From: a bacterium
Lineage (GTDB): Bacteria > J088 > JAWLBW01
Direction of reading: 5' to 3'
DNA length: 64,000 nt
NCBI GenBank assembly: GCA_041687475.1
Contig: JAWLBW010000001.1
Location: 4,703 to 68,702 of the forward strand
Shown: positions 9,101 through 17,334 of the stretch, piece by piece
Layout: each line of letters opens with the position of its first letter
Numbering within the stretch: the first letter of the stretch is position 1
Translations under genes and position numbers: made by a program
The notes under the pieces: model-generated
Database searches by the model: none
What the model was told of the DNA's origin: nothing
The model's input: the letters and a program-made list of their open reading frames with translations, nothing else

Positions 9101-10093
9101 TCAGCGAATGGCTGTCGAAGGTTCGGCGGCCGCCTGCATGGTTCCCAGGGTCTGCACCATGCCGTCGGACTCTCTTTCCCAGACGAGCACGGTGCCCGCC
9201 TGCCGTCGCAGGCGCAGAAGGTCGCCGGCCGGCAATACGGCCACCCGGCGCGACAGCGGCGACCCCATGATTTCGTCGGCCAGCCAACTCATGGGTTCGT
9301 TGGGATCTGCGGGCGACTGCCAGAAGGCGCCGTAGTGTATGGGCACCATGACCCGCGCACCCAGCATGCGAAAGGCGGCCAGAGCCTGGGGCGGGTTGAT
9401 GTGGTGTCTCTCCCAACGGGGGCTGGGCTCCCTTCCCCTGACAGGTCCGATGGGAAGCAATGCCAGATCTATATGAGGAAACCGCTTGCCGATTTCCACG
9501 AACATGTCCGGGTTGTATCCGGTATCGCCGGCGAAATAGACGGTGAAGCCTTCGGCTTCGACAATCCAACCGCCGAAGGTGCCGCTCCACAGACCGTCGA
9601 ATCCAAGGTAGCCGCCCCAATGCTGCGCGGGCACGGCGGTAATGCGCGCCGCACGACCCTCGCGGTTGATGACCAGGCGCGATTGCCACCAGTCGAAGCC
9701 GAAGGTCGGTCGGGGCGAAAGCCAGGCCTGAAATCGTTTGCTGTCGGGGGGAAAGAAGACGGGCACCCCGGGGGCGAGTTTACTCAAGCTCCACGGATCG
9801 AAGTGATCCATGTGCGAATGCGAAATGAGCGCTACGTCGATGGGGGGAAGCGCTTCCGGGTCGAGCCCCAGGGCCTCCTTCCGCAAAAAGACGCCGCCCA
9901 GCTTGTGCGTGAAGAGTGGGTCGGTAAGAAAGCGGAACCCCTTGATGTCGACCCATACCGTGGCGTGCCCGGCTCGCACGACCCGCACGCCCTCGACGGG
10001 ACTCTGGGGTATCTGCGGACGAATGATCGGATGGCTGAGGCATGCCGCGAACATCACGGCAAAGACTAGCGGAATCAGTCGCACCCCCGGCAT
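9101..10093 (-). CDS. Secreted MBL-fold metallo-hydrolase
   Basis: HxHxDH motif (SHSHMDHFD) and a signal peptide MPGVRLIPLVFAVMFAAC. Confidence 0.7.
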   Translation of the reverse strand: MPGVRLIPLVFAVMFAACLSHPIIRPQIPQSPVEGVRVVRAGHATVWVDIKGFRFLTDPLFTHKLGGVFLRKEALGLDPEALPPIDVALISHSHMDHFDPWSLSKLAPGVPVFFPPDSKRFQAWLSPRPTFGFDWWQSRLVINREGRAARITAVPAQHWGGYLGFDGLWSGTFGGWIVEAEGFTVYFAGDTGYNPDMFVEIGKRFPHIDLALLPIGPVRGREPSPRWERHHINPPQALAAFRMLGARVMVPIHYGAFWQSPADPNEPMSWLADEIMGSPLSRRVAVLPAGDLLRLRRQAGTVLVWERESDGMVQTLGTMQAAAEPSTAIR

Positions 10094-10123
10094 ACGGCTC
10101 CTCCCTTTCGCCCCAGTATGGCA

Positions 10124-10155
10124 TGAAAAAAGGCCGCCGGGTACCCGGTGGCCTT
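10124..10155 (-). terminator. Rho-independent terminator after the membrane protein gene 10181-10774
   Basis: GC-rich hairpin GGCCGCCGGGTACCCGGTGGCC followed on the minus strand by T7. Confidence 0.45.
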
Positions 10156-10180
10156 GCTTGAAAACCGATTGTCCTGCGCT

Positions 10181-10774
10181 TCAGGGCCGCACGGGCGGCA
10201 AGAGGCCGGCCCCGCTTTCGCGTAGATTGCGAATCACAAGAAACAGCAGCGGCACACCGACGAAGACCCCCATGCCCAGCATGGTAAGCACCCAGGTCGT
10301 ATCGTGCCAGACCCATGGCTTATCGCCCAGCGCGCGTGTCGCCGCTTCGGGATAATCGGCATGGCGTACCAGCACGAGAAAGCGCTGCAGCGCCGCTGCC
10401 GTGACGCCCACGAGCAAGACTGCCCCGACGGCCGGTACGGCCAGGGCCGACCGCGGCGTGTCGCCACGCACCAACGCCGCCGTGAGGCCGAACCCGAACA
10501 GAACGGCGAGGGGATACGACAACATGGTCAGCGCCGCCGCCCAGCCGGGCACCTGCGATGCATCCACATAGTACAGCCATGACCAGTCGGGCCACTGGGT
10601 GTAGAAGAACACCCCGGTGGGCAGAAAGATCAGAAAGGCGAAGAGCGCCGTCTCACGAAACCAGCGGTTCAGCCAGAGCGATCCGGCGCCGGCAAGCTGC
10701 CGGTGCGCGCTCAGGGCAAGAACGGCCCCACAGATGAGGCAAAGTGGTAAATCCTGGAAGACTGTGGGAATCAC
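10181..10774 (-). CDS. Hypothetical polytopic membrane protein
   Basis: Four or five hydrophobic helices. No motif recognised. Confidence 0.45.
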   Translation of the reverse strand: MIPTVFQDLPLCLICGAVLALSAHRQLAGAGSLWLNRWFRETALFAFLIFLPTGVFFYTQWPDWSWLYYVDASQVPGWAAALTMLSYPLAVLFGFGLTAALVRGDTPRSALAVPAVGAVLLVGVTAAALQRFLVLVRHADYPEAATRALGDKPWVWHDTTWVLTMLGMGVFVGVPLLFLVIRNLRESGAGLLPPVRP

Positions 10775-10858
10775 CCCCCGGCGTGACGGAGCGAACCGTC
10801 GTCAAACGTTGCGGAAATGAGGGGAAGGGCTGAGTCGGGCCTCTTCCCCGTTGAAAAA

Positions 10859-11722
10859 TCAGGCCGAGACTTCGGCCACGCCGTCCTTGACGACCTCTTC
10901 GCCCTGGTCGTTGAGCACGACGAAGTCGTACACCGTGTTGCCGTTTTCGGTGCCGGTTTTCCAGCCCTTGACGGTAACGGTCTGCTCGGGAAGCACGGGC
11001 TTCGAGAAGCGAACCTTGAAGCGCTTGAGTTTTGTCGGATCGCCGCCGGCGGCCTTGTCGATGAAGCCCTTGCTGGCGATGGCCATGGTGCACAGGCCGT
11101 GAACGATAATGCCGGGCAGGCCGGCCATCTGGGCCATGTTGGGGTCGGTGTGAATCGGGTTGTGATCGCCCGAGGCTTCGGCGTAGCGATGGGTCTGGTC
11201 GGGGTCGATCTTCTGCGAGTATACGAGGTCGGGCTCGCCGCGCTGCGGAGCTTCGGCTTCGGGCTTCTTTTCGCCGCCGGGGCCTTTGCTCTTGCCGCGA
11301 ATGAACATGGTGCCCGAACCGTCGAGTACCGTTTCGCCGTTCTGATTCACGCTCTTGAGGCCGATTTTGAGAATGTCGCCGCTTTCCTTTTCCTCAATGG
11401 TGGCCACGCTGGCGGTGGTGCTGATAGTATCGCCCGGACGCACCGGCACACCGTAGCGCATGTCCTGCTCGCCGTGCAGCAGGCGCATCAGGTTGCGGCC
11501 CTGCGCCTCTTCGCTGCCGTGTACGTCGACGTCGAACATCGGCTGACCGAGGGCCATCCACGCGTACACGACCCCGAACTGCGGCGGCGCGATGGCGTTC
11601 TCGCCGAAGAAGGCCGGGTTGTCTTCATTGTATGAGCGGGCGTACTTTTCGGTTGCCTCGGCCGTGACATTGTATTCCTGCGACGGATAACTTTTGCCGA
11701 CCACTGCCGTATTCAGCGCCAT
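10859..11722 (-). CDS. Double-hotdog MaoC-like (R)-specific enoyl-CoA hydratase/dehydratase
   Basis: C-terminal MaoC motif GDHNPIHTD...IVHGL. The N-terminal half is a second hotdog-like domain. Confidence 0.7.
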   Translation of the reverse strand: MALNTAVVGKSYPSQEYNVTAEATEKYARSYNEDNPAFFGENAIAPPQFGVVYAWMALGQPMFDVDVHGSEEAQGRNLMRLLHGEQDMRYGVPVRPGDTISTTASVATIEEKESGDILKIGLKSVNQNGETVLDGSGTMFIRGKSKGPGGEKKPEAEAPQRGEPDLVYSQKIDPDQTHRYAEASGDHNPIHTDPNMAQMAGLPGIIVHGLCTMAIASKGFIDKAAGGDPTKLKRFKVRFSKPVLPEQTVTVKGWKTGTENGNTVYDFVVLNDQGEEVVKDGVAEVSA

Positions 11723-11956
11723 GAGGTACCTCTCTGGAGTAAAGTATCCTTATAGCGGAAGAAGCGCCATCTTCGCAAGCGCCTGCCTACCGTAAGGTCG
11801 GTAATCAGGGGTCTGCTTGCCGGGCCCCCCGATACCCTAAGCGGAAACCAAAAAGTGCCCTTGTATCCGTTATTTATCCTGCCTGCCGCATTTGACACGG
11901 ACGCCCGCCCTTCGGTATTCTGAGTGCGTTTTCGCTCTCACGAAGGAACCCGGCAC

Positions 11957-12598
11957 ATGGCGAAGAAAAAGAAGCGGGCAGCAGGTGCGCGCCAGGACAA
12001 GGTAACGCTTTCCGAACCACATCGGCCGCTCGGCACCGGCATTCTATGGTCGACGGCGGCAGCCGGGCTGCTCGTGTTCCTGCTCTTTCTCGCCATGCCC
12101 TGGGTAAACGTGCAGGGCGCGTCGAAGTCGGCGCTCACGCTTGTCGGCGAGGCCTTCGCGAACCGCAGCTGGTTCGTTGCCGGTTCGCTCTTGTTCCTGC
12201 TTGTGCCCGCTCTGCTTGCCATCGGCCTGGCTTTTCTGCCGCCGCGATTGTGGATGCGCGACCTCTTCGCCACCGCGACCGCCCTGTCGGGTGGGTTTGC
12301 CCTGCTCGTCGCGAACATTCTGACCCGCAGCACGCGCAATCTGCTGGTCTTCGGCAGCGGCCGCCAGAGCGCCGAGGCCGGCGTGGCCGCCATTTACTTC
12401 GGTCTGCTGGCCGTTACCGTGGGGGCGCTTGCATGGCTGGTGCGCTTCGACACGCAGGTTCAGCGTCGCAGCGAACAGTTCGAATGGTTCGGCGCCTTTG
12501 TGTTCATCCTGCTTCTGGTGCTCTTCTTCAACTACCAGGTCATTCCCCACTCGATCGTTCCCCCGCCTGAAGTCATCAGGCAGCGGCTGGGATGGTAA
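11957..12598 (+). CDS. Hypothetical membrane protein
   Basis: MAKKKKRAAG N-terminus followed by four or five TM segments. ATG at 11957. Confidence 0.45.
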   Translation: MAKKKKRAAGARQDKVTLSEPHRPLGTGILWSTAAAGLLVFLLFLAMPWVNVQGASKSALTLVGEAFANRSWFVAGSLLFLLVPALLAIGLAFLPPRLWMRDLFATATALSGGFALLVANILTRSTRNLLVFGSGRQSAEAGVAAIYFGLLAVTVGALAWLVRFDTQVQRRSEQFEWFGAFVFILLLVLFFNYQVIPHSIVPPPEVIRQRLGW

Positions 12599-12615
12599 TC
12601 GCGCAGCGTTCGCCA

Positions 12616-13152
12616 ATGCGGTGGTTGCCGGCATTACTGCTCGTCCTTGCGCTTCTTCCCGCCGGAAAGGTGTTTGCCTGGGAACCGCCCATGAAGGTCG
12701 AGCAGAGTATTCTCGGCAATGTCATCGTTTACCGTGACGGCGAACAGCAGCCCTATTGGGCAATGACCGGCTATAAGCTCGACCGTGCTTTCGAGGGTTC
12801 GCCTCGCGCGGTGGCGCTGGCAAAGCAATACCAGTTCTGGTCTACCGTGGGGTTGGCGTCTACGGCCGTAGGAAACGCCCTGTTTCTCGGTGGAGTCTAC
12901 TACCGGTTGGCACATGAATACCGGCGCAACGATCACCCCGCGTCGTGGGCGTTCGTGATCAGCGGCGGCTTGCTGAGCATGGGTGGTTCGTTCATCAACA
13001 TGAATTCGAAGCGTCTGATCTTTCAGGCGGTCAACGCTTTCAATGAAGACTACGACCCCCAACAGATACCGAAGCTTCGTATCGAAGCCGGTTGGGAAGC
13101 CGCGCCCGAAGGCCGGCTGGTTCTGGATTTTCCGCTGGGAGGAATACGGTGA
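12616..13152 (+). CDS. Hypothetical exported/membrane protein
   Basis: Signal-like N-terminus MRWLPALLLVLALLPAG and two further hydrophobic stretches. Its stop overlaps the next gene's GTG start (GTGA). Confidence 0.4.
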   Translation: MRWLPALLLVLALLPAGKVFAWEPPMKVEQSILGNVIVYRDGEQQPYWAMTGYKLDRAFEGSPRAVALAKQYQFWSTVGLASTAVGNALFLGGVYYRLAHEYRRNDHPASWAFVISGGLLSMGGSFINMNSKRLIFQAVNAFNEDYDPQQIPKLRIEAGWEAAPEGRLVLDFPLGGIR

Positions 13153-14642
13153 GGAGGCGCGTACCGACATATCTGGCCGCGCAGCGGCAACGACGCAAGC
13201 AGCGTGCCCGCAGGCGGCTGGCATTGATTGTGACCTCGATTGTCGGCGTACTGCTTCTGGTCGTCGGAGTCGCCCGCCTGCTCGAATCGGATTCCGATGA
13301 TGCGTTTTCGGCGCGTGTCGCCGACGAAACGCCTGCCGAGCATGAAGATGCGGCTTCCGAAGAGTCGGTCGACGCCGAAACGCCTGCCGCCGAACCAGCG
13401 CCTGTTGCCGCCGATTCACCTGCCGAAGTGCCCGAAGAAGACTTTGAAGAGAGCGAGATTTCGCGAGGGGCCACCCAGGAGCCCGTTGTCGAAGCCGAAC
13501 TCTGGGGGCCGCCCGACCCGTTTGTGCGTTATGTCGGTAGCATCAAGCCGGGCGATGCATTCGGCACGGCGCTCGACACCGTGGGCGTGCCGCCCGATAT
13601 TTCTCAACAGATCATACGCACGCTGCGCGGAACGCTCGACTTCCGGCGCATACGTCCGCACGATGCGTTTTCTGCCCTGGTATCGCGAGAAGGCGAGTTG
13701 CTCGAGTTTACCTACGAGCGGGGTTCGGCCGAAGTCTATTCCATCGAAGTCGTCGACGGCAAGTGGATTCCTCTGAAAAAGCAGAAGGAATACGAGCGGC
13801 GCCTTGCGCTGGTACAGGGCGAGGTGTCGTCGACGCTTTTCGAGGCTGTCGTTGCCGCCGGCGAGTCGCCCGAGCTCATCATGAACTTCGTCGATATCTT
13901 CGCCTGGGAAATCGACTTCTCCATCATGACGCGAAAGGGCGACCGATTTCTCGTCCTTGTCGAAAAGCTTTTCGACCGTGGGTCGTTCTTCGGTTACGGC
14001 CGCATCTACCACGCCCGCTATGTGAACCAGGGCCAGGAGCACGCCGCCACGTACTTCGAGGCGCCCGACGGGTTTTCGGGCTACTTCGACCGTGAAGGGC
14101 GTAACCTGCGCAAAGCCTTCCTGCGCGCGCCCCTCAACTTCCGTTACATCTCTTCGGGCTTTACTTCGAGCCGGTTTCACCCGGTGCTCGGCAAGAAGCG
14201 TTCGCACCGGGCCATCGATTACGCCGCGCCCACCGGCACGCCGATCTGGTCGGTGGCCGACGGCGTGATTACCGATATCGGGTGGATGGGCGGCGCCGGT
14301 CGAGCCATTCGCATTCGCCACGCCAACGGCTATACCACGAGCTACAGCCACCTTTCCCGCTTCGCCAAGGGAATGCGCAAGGGCACGAAGGTGCGCCAGC
14401 AGCAGATCATCGGCTACGTGGGCGCCACGGGGCTGGCCACCGGCCCCCACCTGCATTACGTGCTCAAGGTAAACGGTACGCCCGTGAACCCGGCCAGGGT
14501 AAAGCTGCCTGCCGGCGATCCGGTTCCGCGTAAGTACCTGACACGCTTCCAGGAAGAGCGTGGACAGTGGGAAAACGAAGTGGTACGCCGGCTTGAGGGC
14601 ACGCAGCCGCAGGTTCTTCCGGCGGCGGCCACGGCCGACTGA
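13149..14642 (+). CDS. M23-family metallopeptidase (MepM/EnvC-like)
   Basis: C-terminal LytM motifs HRAIDYAAPTGTP and GATGLATGPHLHYV. N-terminal TM anchor plus an acidic low-complexity linker. GTG start chosen at 13149. Confidence 0.7.
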   Translation: MRRRVPTYLAAQRQRRKQRARRRLALIVTSIVGVLLLVVGVARLLESDSDDAFSARVADETPAEHEDAASEESVDAETPAAEPAPVAADSPAEVPEEDFEESEISRGATQEPVVEAELWGPPDPFVRYVGSIKPGDAFGTALDTVGVPPDISQQIIRTLRGTLDFRRIRPHDAFSALVSREGELLEFTYERGSAEVYSIEVVDGKWIPLKKQKEYERRLALVQGEVSSTLFEAVVAAGESPELIMNFVDIFAWEIDFSIMTRKGDRFLVLVEKLFDRGSFFGYGRIYHARYVNQGQEHAATYFEAPDGFSGYFDREGRNLRKAFLRAPLNFRYISSGFTSSRFHPVLGKKRSHRAIDYAAPTGTPIWSVADGVITDIGWMGGAGRAIRIRHANGYTTSYSHLSRFAKGMRKGTKVRQQQIIGYVGATGLATGPHLHYVLKVNGTPVNPARVKLPAGDPVPRKYLTRFQEERGQWENEVVRRLEGTQPQVLPAAATAD

Positions 14643-14723
14643 TCCCGTTTTTCGTTGGACGGGCGTGCTTCGGCTGCTATGATGGAGCTTTTCGGCCCCA
14701 TCATCGCCTACGGAAGCAACAGC

Positions 14724-15794
14724 ATGAAAGAGCCCATTCTACTGCTTGGAGCCACCGGGTTTACCGGAAGGATGACGGCGGCGGCCATGTGCCGGCGCGG
14801 TCTTCCGTTCGCCATCGCCGGCCGCAATGCGGGCAGGCTCGAAGAGCTTGCGCGCGCGCTGCCCTGGCGTCCCTCCATCGTAACGGTCGATGTCGAGAAC
14901 GACGACAGCCTGCGCCACGCCTTCGAAGGCCGAAAGGCCATCGTCAACTGCGTCGGGCCGTTCATGCGCTACGGCATCAGGGTGGTGCGGGCTGCCGTCG
15001 CGTGCGGCGCCCATTATGTCGACTCGACCGGCGAGGTACCCTACATGCGTGACGTGGCCGTGCGCTTCGATCGTGCGGCCAGGGAGGCCGGGGTGTCCAT
15101 CACGCCCGCCACCGCCTACGAGGTCGCGTTGGCCGACTGCGCGGCCGGAAGGCTTGCTTCAGAATTGGGCGGCGCCGACGAGGTCGAAGTGCTTTACAGT
15201 CTCGACAAGGTGCGGATATCGGCCGGAACGGCGCTCTCGGCGCTCGAGGTGCTCAGGCACGGCGGTCTGGCCTATGAGAACAGCCGGTGGATCACCGAAC
15301 GGGCCTTCCGTGAAATGCGCCGCATTCCCCTGCCCGGGGGCAAGGTAACCGGCCTGGGCTTTCCGTCGGGCGAGATTGCTTCCATTCCCCTGCACGTGCA
15401 GACCCCCAGCGTGAAAACCTTCATGGCGCTTCCGCTGCCGCTTGCCTTGGGCGGGTTTGCAAGCGGGCCCGCCATCGACCTGCTGTCGAAACGCATTGCC
15501 CGCGCGCTCGAAAAGACCGCCGGCCGGCTCGCGCCCGACGAACGGCAGACCCGTCGCACCGAGTTCGTGATATCGGTACGCTTCCGGCGACAGCGGCGGT
15601 ACGTGCAGTCGGTGGTGCAGGGGCGCGACATGTACGGCGTTACGGCGTGGATTCTCGCTTACGCGGCCGACCGGTTGCTGAACGGCGACCGTCTCCCGGC
15701 GGGCGTGCTTGCGCCGTCGCAGCTGCTCGACCCGGTACGCTTCTTCCAGGACATTCGCTCGCAATGGATTACCGAGTTCGAGCGCAGTCTGTAG
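14724..15794 (+). CDS. Saccharopine-dehydrogenase-like NAD(P)-binding protein
   Basis: Rossmann motif LLLGATGFTGR at the N-terminus and the family's overall length. Confidence 0.6.
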   Translation: MKEPILLLGATGFTGRMTAAAMCRRGLPFAIAGRNAGRLEELARALPWRPSIVTVDVENDDSLRHAFEGRKAIVNCVGPFMRYGIRVVRAAVACGAHYVDSTGEVPYMRDVAVRFDRAAREAGVSITPATAYEVALADCAAGRLASELGGADEVEVLYSLDKVRISAGTALSALEVLRHGGLAYENSRWITERAFREMRRIPLPGGKVTGLGFPSGEIASIPLHVQTPSVKTFMALPLPLALGGFASGPAIDLLSKRIARALEKTAGRLAPDERQTRRTEFVISVRFRRQRRYVQSVVQGRDMYGVTAWILAYAADRLLNGDRLPAGVLAPSQLLDPVRFFQDIRSQWITEFERSL

Positions 15795-15805
15795 CCGTCT
15801 GCATC

Positions 15806-16516
15806 GTGGGCGACGTGGCGCCCGAAGCCGACCCCGAGGCGCTTGCAGCCTTCGCCCTTCGTGTCGGCGCCGACGGTATCGACCTGCGAACCGGGTTGGG
15901 GCTGCCGCAGGCCCTTGTTCCCGGCAACGTGTCACGCTGGCGCCGGATATTGCAAACGACCGGACTTACGGCGCCGATTCTCGCGTCGCAATTCGAGTTG
16001 ACCGAAGCAGCACCCGACCCGAAGGCCGTAGAGGCGCTGGTTGGCTTGGCCGATGGCGTGGGTATCACAGCGGTCAGGCTCATTCCCCTGACGCGCGATA
16101 CGGCCGCCTTGGCGGTGCACGTGAGGCACTTGCGCGAGCGTTTTCCCCATGTGGGGTGGATGATTGAAACCACCGGCGCCTGGGCGGGCGAGACCGGTGG
16201 TCTCGAAGGTGCCTGGCCCTCGGGTGCCTCGGAATGGCTGTGGGATATGGCGCATACCCTGGCGGCAGGCGAGACGGCGGTCGAGACGCTCGATCGCCTG
16301 GGACTTCCCCGTCACGTTCACGTCGGACATTTTGACGCGGCGCCGCTGGGGCGTCGGATGCTTCCCCCCGAGATGGTGCAGGAAGCCGTGCAGGAGCTTC
16401 TGCGGCGAGGTTACGACGGGGCGTTTTCGGGCGAGTGGCTGGGTTGGCCCGAGAGTCGTCGCGAGACCGAAGTCGGACGCAGCATCGCCGCTCTGCGGGC
16501 GTTCGTCGGCTCGTAG
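15806..16516 (+). CDS. Possible TIM-barrel sugar-phosphate isomerase/epimerase-like protein
   Basis: Weak resemblance only. The start is uncertain; the ORF opens at 15647 and overlaps the upstream gene. Confidence 0.35.
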   Translation: MGDVAPEADPEALAAFALRVGADGIDLRTGLGLPQALVPGNVSRWRRILQTTGLTAPILASQFELTEAAPDPKAVEALVGLADGVGITAVRLIPLTRDTAALAVHVRHLRERFPHVGWMIETTGAWAGETGGLEGAWPSGASEWLWDMAHTLAAGETAVETLDRLGLPRHVHVGHFDAAPLGRRMLPPEMVQEAVQELLRRGYDGAFSGEWLGWPESRRETEVGRSIAALRAFVGS

Positions 16517-16563
16517 GGTCGGGCAACCTTCGGCGAAGGGGCGCCGCCCGCCTTCCCCCGTAT

Positions 16564-17223
16564 TCAGAGCGACAGATTCTGTTTCGCCGGCATGCCGAGG
16601 GCGCGGGCAATGTCGGTGAACACCTGGTCGTAGGCCAGCTCGGGTTCGCTGAACATTTCGCGCAGATCGTCGAATACGATCAGCGAACGGTGAGCGTGCG
16701 CGCGTTCTCCCAGCAATGTCAGGTCGGGAATGAAGGGAATGTCGTTTTCGCGCAGGATGTCTTTGATCTCGGCCGGGTCTTCGGTAATGACGCGCAGGGT
16801 CTTGTGCTCGTCAATGAAGACTTCGCGAAAGAAGCCGGTGTCGTCGTTACGGCCGGCCAGCCCGGCCCCCAGCATGCCGTCGTTCTGAATCTGGAAGGCA
16901 TGTTTCTGGAAAAGGGCCATGATGTCGTGGCGTTTCATGTAACGCCCGAGCGAGGCGTAACGCCCCTGCGGCCATGCCGGCAGATCCTCGCCTTCTTCGG
17001 GCGGTCGTTCCATAACCGGATAGACCATGTCCGACAGGTGCTCGGTCAGGCTGCGAAAGACGTTAAACAGCTCGGGAACCGGCAGCGAGAGTTCGAAGAA
17101 GTAAGGCGAACGGCTGTGACGGTAAATCGTGAGTCGAAAACCACGCTCGGGCTGAAACGGTGGTTCGTCGTCGCCGGCGATGGGAATGACACCGAGAGGG
17201 GTACGGAAGCTTTGCATACCCAC
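16564..17223 (-). CDS. Hypothetical cytoplasmic protein
   Basis: 219 aa ORF downstream of the large lipoprotein gene. No recognisable motif. Confidence 0.4.
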   Translation of the reverse strand: MGMQSFRTPLGVIPIAGDDEPPFQPERGFRLTIYRHSRSPYFFELSLPVPELFNVFRSLTEHLSDMVYPVMERPPEEGEDLPAWPQGRYASLGRYMKRHDIMALFQKHAFQIQNDGMLGAGLAGRNDDTGFFREVFIDEHKTLRVITEDPAEIKDILRENDIPFIPDLTLLGERAHAHRSLIVFDDLREMFSEPELAYDQVFTDIARALGMPAKQNLSL

Positions 17224-17334
17224 CCATGCTAGCCGTCGATGCGACTCAGCCGCAAGATACGATAGGCTCTGCTTACCGGAGCGCTTGTAAACGATACGAC
17301 TCCCGCGCGACTTCCGGGCGACAGGGCCCGTGTG

